A stretch of DNA of 64,000 nucleotides from Pseudomonadota bacterium (GTDB lineage Bacteria; Pseudomonadota; Alphaproteobacteria; Rickettsiales; SXRF01): NCBI GenBank assembly GCA_963205245.1, contig CAUJIB010000007.1:446-64445 (forward strand), given 5' to 3'. Shown here piece by piece: positions 50,371 through 60,355 of this stretch. The translations under genes were made by a program, and so were the position numbers. The notes under the pieces are model-generated. The model was not told the origin of the DNA. It did no database searches and saw only the letters and a program-made list of their open reading frames with translations. The stretch's first letter is position 1. Every line of letters begins with the position of its first letter.

Positions 50371-51681
50371 CTAGGCTGCTTCTGTCAAAGAAAATGGTCG
50401 GGTTGGACGTTCACTAATTCGCTCAATTCGTGCGCCACAGGCAGATAATTTTTCCTCTAACCGCTCATAGCCCCTATCCAGATGGTAAACGCGGTGTATA
50501 ACTGTTTCCCCGCGCGCAGCAAGGGCAGCAATTACCAAGGATAAGGAAGCCCTGAGGTCAGTCGCCATTACCTCTGCGCCAACTAATTCTTCTTCACCCC
50601 TAATCATTGCGCTTGAACCATGCACCACAATTTTTGCTCCCATCCGCGTAAGCTCAGGCACATGCATATAGCGATTCTCAAAAATCGTTTCGGTAATCAT
50701 GGACGCTCCATCAGCCACGCATAGTAATGCCATCATTTGTGCCTGCATATCTGTAGGGAATCCCGGATATGGTTGAGTTATAATGTCAATACACTGAATT
50801 CGTTCTTTGGCTATCACCCGCACACCACGCTCAGTTTCATACATTTCTACGCCAGCATCAGTGAATTTTTCTGCAACCGCCTGCATATGTTCCATGCGGG
50901 CACCAATCAGTTCTACATCTCCACCTGTAATAGCGGCAGCTGCGGCAAAAGAGCCAGCTTCAATCCGGTCTGGCACCACGCTATAATCGCAACCATGAAG
51001 TTTTTCTACACCTGTGATACGAATAGTATCCGTACCAATTCCTTCAATTTTTGCTCCCATTTTCTGCAGGCAATAGGCAAGATCACAAACCTCCGGTTCA
51101 CGCGCTGCATTACGCAGTACGGTTACACCTTCGGCAAGGCTTGCCGCCATTAGGATATTTTCGGTAGCACCAACAGAAATTTTTTCAAAATTAATTTCAG
51201 ATCCCTTTAGTCTGCCATGAGTATGGGCATGAACATAACCTTCTGCTAGTTCAATATGAGCACCCATTAACTCTAGTGCTTTTAAGTGTAAATCAATAGG
51301 GCGTGTACCGATTGCACAGCCGCCGGGCAAGGACACTTTTGCTTGCCCAAACCGTGCAAGAAGCGCGCCTAGAACTAGTACTGATGCCCGCATGGTGCGT
51401 ACCAAATCATAAGGCGCAGTAAAGTTGTTAATATACTGAGAAGAAAGCGACATATTCTTGCCAAATTCCTGCGCAGATGCAGAAAAAGAAATATTGGTTC
51501 CATGTTGTGCTAGCAAATTTGCCATGGTCACAATATCAGCAAGATAAGGAACATTGGAAAGCTTTAATGTATCTTCTGTAAGAAGGCTGGCAGCCATCAG
51601 CGGCAAAGCAGCATTCTTCGCGCCGGAAATCTGTATTTTTCCAGTAAGCCTGTTACCGCCAATAATCCTGATTTTATCCAT
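50371..51681 (-). CDS. murA: UDP-N-acetylglucosamine 1-carboxyvinyltransferase
   Basis: [35 protein letters not shown]-terminus. 436 aa. Confidence 0.95.
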   Translation of the reverse strand: MDKIRIIGGNRLTGKIQISGAKNAALPLMAASLLTEDTLKLSNVPYLADIVTMANLLAQHGTNISFSASAQEFGKNMSLSSQYINNFTAPYDLVRTMRASVLVLGALLARFGQAKVSLPGGCAIGTRPIDLHLKALELMGAHIELAEGYVHAHTHGRLKGSEINFEKISVGATENILMAASLAEGVTVLRNAAREPEVCDLAYCLQKMGAKIEGIGTDTIRITGVEKLHGCDYSVVPDRIEAGSFAAAAAITGGDVELIGARMEHMQAVAEKFTDAGVEMYETERGVRVIAKERIQCIDIITQPYPGFPTDMQAQMMALLCVADGASMITETIFENRYMHVPELTRMGAKIVVHGSSAMIRGEEELVGAEVMATDLRASLSLVIAALAARGETVIHRVYHLDRGYERLEEKLSACGARIERISERPTRPFSLTEAA

Positions 51682-52244
51682 TACGCTATCTTCTCTATCC
51701 GTGGTAAGGTTACACCTTTTTGTCCTTGGTATTTTCCTTTGCGGTCACCATAAGAAACTTCGCAAACAGAATCACCTTTCAAGAATAAAAACTGGCACGC
51801 GCCCTCATTGGCATAAATTTTTGCCGGAAGCGGGGTGGTGTTGGAGAATTCTAGTGTTACATGTCCTTCCCATTCCGGCTCAAGTGGAGTAACATTAACT
51901 ATAATCCCACAACGTGCATAAGTTGATTTGCCGACACAAACCACCAAAACATCACGCGGGATACGAAAATATTCCACTGTGCGGGCAAGAGCAAAGCTGT
52001 TCGGAGGGATGATACATACATCGCTTTTCCTATCAACAAAACCTTTAGGTGAAAATTATTTAGGGTCAACAATTGCCGAATCAATATTGGTAAAAATCTT
52101 AAATTCGTCTGATACCCGTGCATCATAGCCATAGGAAGATACCCCATAAGAGATAACTCCTTCACGGGTAAGGTTCTCTACAAACGGTTCAATCATTCCT
52201 TTTTTTGCCTGTTCCCTAATCCAGCTATCCGACATTATCCCCAT
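51681..52244 (-). pseudogene. dcd: dCTP deaminase interrupted by a single in-frame TAA (52056-52058)
   Basis: The same frame reads ...[86 protein letters not shown]... Both halves are strongly Dcd-like. Confidence 0.85.
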
Positions 52245-52301
52245 ATCATTACCTCTTGATTTGCGTTATTTTATAAATAATGTTAATTTCTACTGTTAAT
52301 A

Positions 52302-53099
52302 ATGAAAAAATCAAAGGGAAAATTAATAAATATGATTGATCAGCTTACACTTGCCATAGCCGGCTTTACCGGTCGTATGGGGCAGGCACTTATAGCCAGT
52401 GCGCAAGGCAACGAACGAATAAAGATCACAGCAGGCAGTGTCCGCACTATGAGTGCGCAGCCAGCAACAGACTTGTATGTTACTTCTAATCCGGCAATTT
52501 TGGCTGATAAAGCTGAGGCAGTGATTGATTTTACTACTCCGGAAGCGACCATTGCTCTTGCCCGTGAAGTGGCGAGGACAGGTGGAATTATGATTGTGGG
52601 TACAACCGGTTTTTCTGACGGTCAGCAAAAGAAACTTGCTGAATGTGCAAGTAGTGCCCGCATCATCCAGTCAGGCAATTTTAGCTTGGGGGTCAATATA
52701 TTAGAATCATTAGTAGAACGGACAGCCGCACTGCTTAACGAGCAATATGATATTGAAATTAATGAAATGCATCACAAATATAAAAAAGATGCGCCATCTG
52801 GTACTGCCCTAATGCTGGGGCGGGCAGCGGCCAAGGGGCGGGGCGTATCACTGGACAGCAAAAAAGTTGTGGATCGTGCTGGTGAGCGCAAGGTCGGTGA
52901 TATTGGTTTTTCTGTATTGCGCGGCGGAGATGTGGTCGGCATCCATAATGTATTGTTTGCAGGCGGCGGTGAGCTTATTACTCTTTCACATCATGGGTTT
53001 TCGCGTGCTATTTACGCTAACGGCGCAATTGCTGCAGCACTCTGGGCGAGGGATAAAAAAGCAGGATTGTACTCCATGCACGATGTTATTGGGCTTTAA
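52302..53099 (+). CDS. dapB: 4-hydroxy-tetrahydrodipicolinate reductase
   Basis: [10 protein letters not shown] and [15 protein letters not shown] motifs. An alternative start ATG lies at 52332. Confidence 0.92.
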   Translation: MKKSKGKLINMIDQLTLAIAGFTGRMGQALIASAQGNERIKITAGSVRTMSAQPATDLYVTSNPAILADKAEAVIDFTTPEATIALAREVARTGGIMIVGTTGFSDGQQKKLAECASSARIIQSGNFSLGVNILESLVERTAALLNEQYDIEINEMHHKYKKDAPSGTALMLGRAAAKGRGVSLDSKKVVDRAGERKVGDIGFSVLRGGDVVGIHNVLFAGGGELITLSHHGFSRAIYANGAIAAALWARDKKAGLYSMHDVIGL

Positions 53100-53526
53100 C
53101 AATAGCTCCACGTGCTAGCGCATCAGCACGCTCGTTCATTGCATGCCCGTTATGGCCTTTTACCCAATGCCATTTTATGATGTGGGGTTTGGTGGCTTCT
53201 TCCAGCCTTTGCCAATATTCCACGTTTTTTACCGGTTTTTTATCGGCAGTTTTCCAGCCCCGCGCTTTCCATGCCGGCAGCCATTCATCTATCCCTTTTA
53301 ATACATACGAGCTATCGCTATAAATATCTACAATACAAGGGCTTTTAAGTATTTCCAGCGCAGAAATCACAGCCATTAATTCCATACGGTTATTGGTGGT
53401 TTCCGGTTCTCCGCCTGAAATTTCTTTCTCATGTTCGCCATACACCAGAATCGCCCCCCAACCACCTGCACCTGGGTTGCCGGAACAGGCACCGTCTGTA
53501 TATATTTTTACATGCTTTTTAGTCAT
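53086..53526 (-). CDS. rnhA: ribonuclease HI
   Basis: [26 protein letters not shown] and a C-terminal NERAD motif. Confidence 0.92.
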   Translation of the reverse strand: MTKKHVKIYTDGACSGNPGAGGWGAILVYGEHEKEISGGEPETTNNRMELMAVISALEILKSPCIVDIYSDSSYVLKGIDEWLPAWKARGWKTADKKPVKNVEYWQRLEEATKPHIIKWHWVKGHNGHAMNERADALARGAIVKAQ

Positions 53527-53597
53527 AGAAGCTTATTATTATTGTTTTGCAAGGAAGAGCAGTGTAATTTCCTTTATAAGAAAAAAGCAATAAAAAC

Positions 53598-54527
53598 ATG
53601 GAAAATATAGAAGATATAGAAAAAGCCGCGCAAGCGTTGCGGGATGGGGATCTAGTAGCATTTCCCACAGAAACTGTATATGGGTTGGGCGGAAACGCGC
53701 TTTCGGATACAGCAGTTGCGGCTATTTACGCGGCTAAGGGACGGCCTAGTTTTAACCCACTGATTGTTCACATTCCATCAATTGCTGCCGCGAAAAAATA
53801 TGTTGAGTGGAATGAAATAGCGCAAATTCTTGCGGAAAAATTTTGGCCGGGGTCGCTTACTTTTGTCCTGCCGCGCAGGCAGGGTTGTGAGCTTTCTCTG
53901 TTGGTAAGCGCTGGATTGGATTGTGTAGCAGTGCGGATGCCTTCCCATCCTGTAGCTCTTGCCTTACTGGAAAAAACAGGATTGTCGCTAGCAGCACCAA
54001 GTGCCAACCGTTCCGGAAAAATCAGCCCAACCCTTGCTGAACATGTTGCAGAAGAGCTGGGAGATAAGGTGAAAATAGTGTTGGACGGTGGGGCGTGCAG
54101 CGTGGGCATTGAGTCAACCATTGTGGATTTAACTACCACACCGGCAACCATTCTACGCCATGGAAAAATCACGCAGGACGAGTTAGAAAAATATATAGAG
54201 ATCGGTAAGTATAGCGCAGGTGGAATAAAAGCATCGGGAATGCTCAAAAGCCATTACGCCCCCAATGCAAAAATTCGTCTTAATGCAAGTGATATTCAGG
54301 AAGATGAGGTATTATTAGCCTTCGGTAAAGCACTAGCCGGAGCTAATATTGTAGAAAATCTAAGCGCAACACGAAATCTGGAAGAAGCAGCGGCAAATTT
54401 ATTTCGGATGCTGCGCGCACTTGATGCAAAAAACCCCATATCAATAGCAGTGATGGCTATTCCCGAAGAAGGGTTAGGAATAGCAATTAATGACCGCCTG
54501 CGCCGCGCCGCCGCCCCCAGAAAATAA
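53598..54527 (+). CDS. tsaC: L-threonylcarbamoyladenylate synthase (Sua5/YwlC type)
   Basis: FPTETVYGLGGNA and KGRPSFNPLIVH motifs, plus a Sua5 C-terminal domain. 309 aa. Confidence 0.9.
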   Translation: MENIEDIEKAAQALRDGDLVAFPTETVYGLGGNALSDTAVAAIYAAKGRPSFNPLIVHIPSIAAAKKYVEWNEIAQILAEKFWPGSLTFVLPRRQGCELSLLVSAGLDCVAVRMPSHPVALALLEKTGLSLAAPSANRSGKISPTLAEHVAEELGDKVKIVLDGGACSVGIESTIVDLTTTPATILRHGKITQDELEKYIEIGKYSAGGIKASGMLKSHYAPNAKIRLNASDIQEDEVLLAFGKALAGANIVENLSATRNLEEAAANLFRMLRALDAKNPISIAVMAIPEEGLGIAINDRLRRAAAPRK

Positions 54528-54608
54528 TTAATTTTTTATTAATTTAATATTGATTTTCTTAATTATTATGTTAATATTTTCTAACTTTAATCGTCTTATC
54601 TAATTAAA

Positions 54609-55883
54609 ATGATTGGTGAAAATATGAGCAGCGTTATTCATTTGCGAGTTTCCAATTCTGTAAAAAACGGTAAATCACGCCGTATCACACAATTATCCAA
54701 GGATGATGGTAGCAAGCCAATAGAGATATTCTATGAGTTCGACCGTATAATTCCTTTTACTGATTCATCCACTTTAGATGGTCATGTGCTTGCTGTATTG
54801 TTATATTTAGCTGGGCAAAGATTGCCGGTGCGTGTACATGGCTCGCTTTCGGCTACGTGTTTGCGCAATATGCGGGAAATTCAACTGGCGTGGAAACGCT
54901 GGCGACCAAAACTATATGGCTGCGTTGAAATAATTCCTGATAATGTAGTAAAAGTTCCTTCTCCTATAGTTCAGAATCATGCGATAGCTGCATTTTCAGG
55001 AGGTGTTGATGCAACTTTTACTGCTCTAAGCCATACTAAGCTATTGCCTGAATTGGTGCGTTATCCTCTGCAGTCTGTTTTGATGGTAAAGGGTTTTGAT
55101 GTAGATCTTGATAATAACCATGATTTCAAGCAGCTAGTAAATCGTGTAAAACCTTTACTGAACGAATTAAATTTAGATCTGCGCACCATGAGCACAAACA
55201 GCCGTGAGTTACGGATCCAGAATTGGTATTATTCTTCTGGAATGGAACTGGCGGGATGTCTGCAAATGCTTTCTGATGAGTTCCAGTTTGGTCTTATGGG
55301 TAGTAGTAATTCCTATGAATCACTTGCTATACCGTCCGGTTCAAGTCCGATATTTGACCATTTAATGACAACTGACCGTATGTCCATAATTCATGATGGT
55401 GCGGGTTTTTGCCGTACTGAAAAGGTTCATGCTATAACAAAATTCCCAACTGCACTTAAAACTCTTAAGGTGTGTTGGTCTGGTGCTGACCAGAGTAATA
55501 ACTGCGGGCGTTGTGAAAAATGTATACGTACCCGCCTTAATTTCATTGCAGCAAATTACCCGAATCCAGATTGTTTCAAAGGTAATTTGGATTTAGAGCT
55601 TATCAAGGATATTTATGTTGAAAATGAATGCCAGCTCAACGAACTGAAAGGAATATTAACCTATGCTCAGGAGCATAATATCAGTGGACTATGGGCTGAT
55701 TCACTGATGCAGCGTATTAATAGCTGGATTCCGGTTGATGACGAAATACTCAACCGCAGACGTTACGGCAGCCCAACAAAAAAAGCCGTTGTCAAAGTTA
55801 TAGAAAAAGCAGGTATGCGCAAACCAATACAAAAAATATGGCGTACCTCCCGTCGTGGCGTTTTCAAGATAAAGAGTGTATAA
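54609..55883 (+). CDS. uncharacterised PP-loop / QueC-like Zn-motif protein (paralogue B of 32606-33871)
   Basis: AIAAFSGGVDATFTAL and CWSGADQSNNCGRCEKC, collinear with paralogue A over the full length. By eye more than half of core residues are identical. Confidence 0.6.
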   Translation: MIGENMSSVIHLRVSNSVKNGKSRRITQLSKDDGSKPIEIFYEFDRIIPFTDSSTLDGHVLAVLLYLAGQRLPVRVHGSLSATCLRNMREIQLAWKRWRPKLYGCVEIIPDNVVKVPSPIVQNHAIAAFSGGVDATFTALSHTKLLPELVRYPLQSVLMVKGFDVDLDNNHDFKQLVNRVKPLLNELNLDLRTMSTNSRELRIQNWYYSSGMELAGCLQMLSDEFQFGLMGSSNSYESLAIPSGSSPIFDHLMTTDRMSIIHDGAGFCRTEKVHAITKFPTALKTLKVCWSGADQSNNCGRCEKCIRTRLNFIAANYPNPDCFKGNLDLELIKDIYVENECQLNELKGILTYAQEHNISGLWADSLMQRINSWIPVDDEILNRRRYGSPTKKAVVKVIEKAGMRKPIQKIWRTSRRGVFKIKSV

Positions 55884-56342
55884 AGCCTGAAAGTTGCGTG
55901 CTTTTAAGTGTAAGCTGCTAAGATCGTGGTAATATTTTAGGAATGGTGCCGCTTGTCGGATTCTGTACCACAAAAATAAGCTAATGTATTATAAAGCGTA
56001 TTTAGCATATATAATTGTAGTAATGTACTAGTCCTCTGTATTAATTGCAATGGCAAAAATACCTTAATACCTCGTCAGGGATTCTAGACAATACATCCAC
56101 TCATCAAATAATATAAGCATGCAGGGGTGGCATGGGGACATAGGGGGTATATGGGTATTCATATATTAATCCCCTATAAAATCTCCATTTTGGATTTTGT
56201 AAACCACCCCAAAATATATAAAATCTTACAATTTAGGATATAGAAATATTAGGAATAATTTTAGTGAAGTAGTTGCAATATTCACTTTTCTTTCAAATTT
56301 ATATGTGCATATTCACTTTAGCACTAATCAATTGGAAAATTT

Positions 56343-57338
56343 ATGCTCCCCAAATTAAGCCGTTCTATTCTTGCGTTAGATGATGAGCAGCTTGAGGAGC
56401 TAATTCTTAAATGGATATATAACCATTCTGAATACGATAGTGTGGAAAGCTTCAGGGGAACTGGTGATAAGGGAAGGGATGTTGTAGGCTTTTATTCTAA
56501 ATTAAAACACGAAGGTGAATGGGATAATTACCAATGCAAACAATACGGCTCCCCCTTAAATAGCACTAATGTCATACGTGAGATTGGCAAAATGCTTTAT
56601 TACTCGTATCAAGGTGAGTTTTCATTACCTAAATCATACTATTTTATCGCGCCTAGAGGACTTAATAGAGAAGCTGAAAAACTTTTATTCAATCCCCAAA
56701 TTTTTAAAGAGACCATCTTAAATGAATGGGATAATAAATGCCGTAAGAACATAATAAAAACAAAAGAAATCTGTTTAGGTAAAGACCTAATTAAGCACAT
56801 TAATAAATATGATTTTTCTACTATATTCCGAATAAATCTTGATAAACTCCTAATGTCTGCAGGAATCAAAGCCGTACTGCACAAAGATTTTGGGGTAGAG
56901 CTTGATGCACCACCACAGGGAAATGTCCCCCAAGCAGTCCAAGACATAGAATTACCGTATATAGGACAACTTTTAGATGTTTATGGTGAACGCGATAAGT
57001 GCATATATTGTCAAGATGAAGCTACAGACCACCTTGTACATGGAGAGCATCTAAGAGAACAGAGAGAACGATTTTTCCATGCGGATGCTTTTGAAAGACA
57101 CTTTCGGGACAATTCTTTTCAGGACGACTTAGGCTTGCTAAGGGGGGAAGTTTACAGCGGTGTAAAAGATGTACATAAAAAAACTTATACAGATGGCCTT
57201 GAAAGACTAGGTGCAGTAATGGCTCAAGCGGCGGTAGCAAACCCTACTAGCCCCCTAGCTAAATATGCACAAATTCAAGTTAAGCAAGGGCTTTGCCACC
57301 ATTTTGCAAATGAGGGAACATTAAAATGGAAAAAGTAG
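56343..57338 (+). CDS. Mrr/PD-(D/E)xK-like nuclease effector of a Lamassu type II / ABC-3C-like system
   Basis: GDKGRDVVG (56463-56480) and QCK (56532-56540) fit the Mrr-cat D...QxK pattern. Long helical C-terminal domain. 13-nt overlap with the next gene. Confidence 0.65.
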   Translation: MLPKLSRSILALDDEQLEELILKWIYNHSEYDSVESFRGTGDKGRDVVGFYSKLKHEGEWDNYQCKQYGSPLNSTNVIREIGKMLYYSYQGEFSLPKSYYFIAPRGLNREAEKLLFNPQIFKETILNEWDNKCRKNIIKTKEICLGKDLIKHINKYDFSTIFRINLDKLLMSAGIKAVLHKDFGVELDAPPQGNVPQAVQDIELPYIGQLLDVYGERDKCIYCQDEATDHLVHGEHLREQRERFFHADAFERHFRDNSFQDDLGLLRGEVYSGVKDVHKKTYTDGLERLGAVMAQAAVANPTSPLAKYAQIQVKQGLCHHFANEGTLKWKK

Positions 57339-57832
57339 CTTCTGTAACAACGGCTGAACCTGCTTTGTTTAATAGTATGTTAGAAACTGGATTACGTGCA
57401 GTCATTATATTAGATGCAGCTTATCCAAAATCTTATGATCTAAATTGGCTTACTTGGTTAGATTATCTGGTAGTTCATACAGCTGATATAGATGGTCCTC
57501 CTAGCTTGCATCCAGAAATACCTCAACGTACTGGTGAATTACTAGTACGTAGAAGACTTATTGAAAATAGCTTAACGGCAATGAGAAAACTTCATTTAGT
57601 GAACATTAATACGGATGAATCTGGTTTTTCATATGAGGCAAGTGATGAGGCTACCGCTTTAGTTAGTGTATTGCATACAAAATACGCAATAGCGTTAAAA
57701 GATAGGGCTAAATGGCTTATAGATAAAATTAAAGTATACGATCACAAATCTATGGAAAATATTATAAATGAACGAATTAATCATTGGAAAATTGAATTTC
57801 AACAGAAAACCAAAACTATGGTTCAATTATGA
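57326..57832 (+). CDS. small all-helical middle component (LmuC / ABC-3C MC-like)
   Basis: 168 aa, sandwiched with overlaps (13 nt and ATGA) between the nuclease and the ATPase. No catalytic motif. Confidence 0.5.
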   Translation: MEKVASVTTAEPALFNSMLETGLRAVIILDAAYPKSYDLNWLTWLDYLVVHTADIDGPPSLHPEIPQRTGELLVRRRLIENSLTAMRKLHLVNINTDESGFSYEASDEATALVSVLHTKYAIALKDRAKWLIDKIKVYDHKSMENIINERINHWKIEFQQKTKTMVQL

Positions 57833-59700
57833 GTGATGAGAGAATTGTAATTAAACATTTAACATTTACTGGTGAGAAAGCAGCGCAAGCCGACTTAACT
57901 TTTCAAGAAGGAGTAAACGTTCTGTATGGAGCTTCAAATACAGGAAAATCTCTAACTGTTCACGCAATAGATTTTATGTTTGGTGGCAGCAAACCACCAC
58001 CTTCAGATTTAAGAGAGATTCAGGCATATAATAAAATATGGATGGGATTGCAAATAAATGAAGAGACCCCAGTTACATTGATGAGAGCAACAGCCGGCGG
58101 AAGCTTTGAACTGCATCCTAATTTAGTAAGAGAAAGTATAAAAGGTACAAATGATATTAGAACACTTTCTGCGCGCCATGATCGTGTTAATGAGAATAAT
58201 TTGTCTTACTATTTGTTAGAAAAGCTTGGATTGTTAAATAAATCTATTGCTACCAAAGCTTCTGGAGAAAAACGTGGTCTTAGTTTTCGTGATATTACCC
58301 AATTATGTATCGTAGATGAAACTAGTATTCAAAGTACAACTTCTCCCTTTGAAAGGGGAGATACTATGACAAGAACAGGTGAAAGAAGTGTCCTAAAGTT
58401 TTTTTTAACAAAGATTGATGATGATGCGATTGTTCCTGTCGTAGACCGTAAAACTTTTAATGCAGCTAAGGCTGCTAAAATGGAACTTTATGATGACATG
58501 ATTGAATCCATAAGCGCAGAACTTATGGCAGATTTTCCTGAACCTGAGGAGTTATTTAATCAGTTAGAGCATTTAGAAGAAAATTATAAAAATTTACGCC
58601 AAACTGCGGATAATGCCAATAATTCTATAAGGGATTTATTTCATCAGAAACATAGTATAGGACAAGATATTGATGCTTTTAATACAAGGTTAGAAGAAAT
58701 AGAAATTAACCTTGAAAGATTTACTAAGTTAGAATCCATATACCAATCAGATATAGAACGTTTGGAATCCATAGAAGAAGTAGGATTTGTTTTATTATTA
58801 GATGGAAAGCAGGATTGCCCTTTGTGTGGTGCGGTTCCAGAGGTGCAAAAACATATTCATGGGCTTGATGATGTAGAAATGACAAAGAAGGCTGCAATAA
58901 TAGAGATTGCGAAAATAAATCAACAGCAAGCTGATTTACAGATAAGCATTGAGGATTTAAAAGAAGAAAAAGCTAACATAACTAAACAATTGCCTGAGAT
59001 TATAAAAAAAATTAATGCTATAGAGGATGAAATAAAACTATTTTCTCCACATGTAAGTGATGCTCAAAATAACTTAGCAAACATACTGCCAATACGAGAT
59101 CGTGTAAAACATGGTATACGTTTAATTACAGAACGAAAATCTTTGAGTAATAAAAGAGATGAACTGTCATCTATAAAAGCAGCTGGTAAAACTGCCCAGC
59201 CACAACTAGGAGTTTCTAGCCTTATTGCCCATGATTTTGCACAAGAAATAAGCCGAACTTTAAAGTTATGGCATTTTCCAGGAGACTGCCATGTCGCGTT
59301 TGACGAAAATACCTATGATTTTAAGATAGATGGTAAGCTTAGACAAAATAATGGTAAAGGTGTAAGGGCTGTAACTCATGCCGCTATAAAAGTATCATTG
59401 CTAACATATTGCAGAAAACATGGATTACCTCATCCTTGTTTCTTAGTGCTAGATACCCCACTTTTAACTTATCGTGACCCACTAAATTCCAAAGAAGGTG
59501 AACTATCAGATGATGAAAGAGTTCTAGCACATAGCCCGCTTAAAAAACATTTCTTTGAACATCTAATAAGCCTTAAAAACGAAGGACAATTTTTAATTAT
59601 GGAGAATGTTGACCCTCCTTCTTTTGTATTGGAAAAAGCTAATGTAGTAGTTTTCTCTGGTCAGAAAAATTCCAAGCGAGCAGGGCTTTTATGGTCATAG
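57829..59700 (+). CDS. coiled-coil ABC/SMC-like ATPase (LmuB / ABC-3C ATPase-like)
   Basis: Walker A GASNTGKS (57928-57951). Long heptad-rich insert with CPLC at 58816-58827. Walker B FLVLDTP (D at 59452-59454). Confidence 0.75.
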   Translation: MSDERIVIKHLTFTGEKAAQADLTFQEGVNVLYGASNTGKSLTVHAIDFMFGGSKPPPSDLREIQAYNKIWMGLQINEETPVTLMRATAGGSFELHPNLVRESIKGTNDIRTLSARHDRVNENNLSYYLLEKLGLLNKSIATKASGEKRGLSFRDITQLCIVDETSIQSTTSPFERGDTMTRTGERSVLKFFLTKIDDDAIVPVVDRKTFNAAKAAKMELYDDMIESISAELMADFPEPEELFNQLEHLEENYKNLRQTADNANNSIRDLFHQKHSIGQDIDAFNTRLEEIEINLERFTKLESIYQSDIERLESIEEVGFVLLLDGKQDCPLCGAVPEVQKHIHGLDDVEMTKKAAIIEIAKINQQQADLQISIEDLKEEKANITKQLPEIIKKINAIEDEIKLFSPHVSDAQNNLANILPIRDRVKHGIRLITERKSLSNKRDELSSIKAAGKTAQPQLGVSSLIAHDFAQEISRTLKLWHFPGDCHVAFDENTYDFKIDGKLRQNNGKGVRAVTHAAIKVSLLTYCRKHGLPHPCFLVLDTPLLTYRDPLNSKEGELSDDERVLAHSPLKKHFFEHLISLKNEGQFLIMENVDPPSFVLEKANVVVFSGQKNSKRAGLLWS

Positions 59701-59703
59701 TTT

Positions 59704-60009
59704 TTATCGTTTAGGCTCACCTTTATCACCATACATAAGCCAAATAGCAGGTTTCTTTAGTATTCTGGCAAGGGCATCCAGTTCAACATCAGATACTCTT
59801 CTTGACCCACGTTCTATTGCTGAAATCATTGACTGATTCATTTCAATATCAAAATCTACGGACAAAGCTGCCGCTAGCTCCACTTGGTGCATTTCCCTAT
59901 CAATTCTAGCTAATTTTATCTGTTTGCCACAAAGGTTTGATTTTTTCGCCTTCATAAACCCGCCTATTGGTATGTTAGGCGTAAAAGCTAGCAATATTAG
60001 TTTATTCAA
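59704..60009 (-). CDS. XRE-family helix-turn-helix regulator
   Basis: IKLARIDREMHQVELAAALSV...QSMISAIERGSRRVSDVELDALARIL. The likely start is the internal ATG (MKAKKSNL). Confidence 0.7.
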   Translation of the reverse strand: MNKLILLAFTPNIPIGGFMKAKKSNLCGKQIKLARIDREMHQVELAAALSVDFDIEMNQSMISAIERGSRRVSDVELDALARILKKPAIWLMYGDKGEPKR

Positions 60010-60102
60010 GTAGCTTGTGTATAACTATGATAGTTGATAATAGAATATAAAATCCTTTATTTAACTAATATATTGTATATAACACTAACTAATGAGGAAT
60101 TT

Positions 60103-60351
60103 ATGAAAACTAAAATATCTATAAATTCTGCCATCTTCGTAACAATTTTATGCTTTTCCCAATCAGTAAACGCAAAAGGCTTTAACATGAATGACTTTGC
60201 GAAAGGTTTTTTAGAAGGAAATCAAGGAAATGAATGTGAAAAAACATATAGCCCAGCTATGTGCGCCCAAATGGAAGATGATTTAGCAGGCACTCGTTCA
60301 AAATTGAATCAGCTTGAGAGTCAGCAAAACCGTAATAGCCGTAATAGATAG
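60103..60351 (+). CDS. small secreted protein
   Basis: Signal peptide MKTKISINSAIFVTILCFSQSVNA with two Cys. Start taken at the internal ATG of tracked ORF 60034-60351. Confidence 0.4.
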   Translation: MKTKISINSAIFVTILCFSQSVNAKGFNMNDFAKGFLEGNQGNECEKTYSPAMCAQMEDDLAGTRSKLNQLESQQNRNSRNR

Positions 60352-60355
60352 TATT

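Noticed and set aside
36795-52058. In-frame TAG/TAA codons in DUF465, the Res remnant and dcd as evidence for stop-codon reassignment
   Set aside because: TAA and TAG terminate the well-conserved genes of this window at their expected lengths (for example sucA, mdh, hisD, murA, ccoN). Most affected genes sit in a decaying island. Pseudogenisation or sequencing error is the simpler reading.
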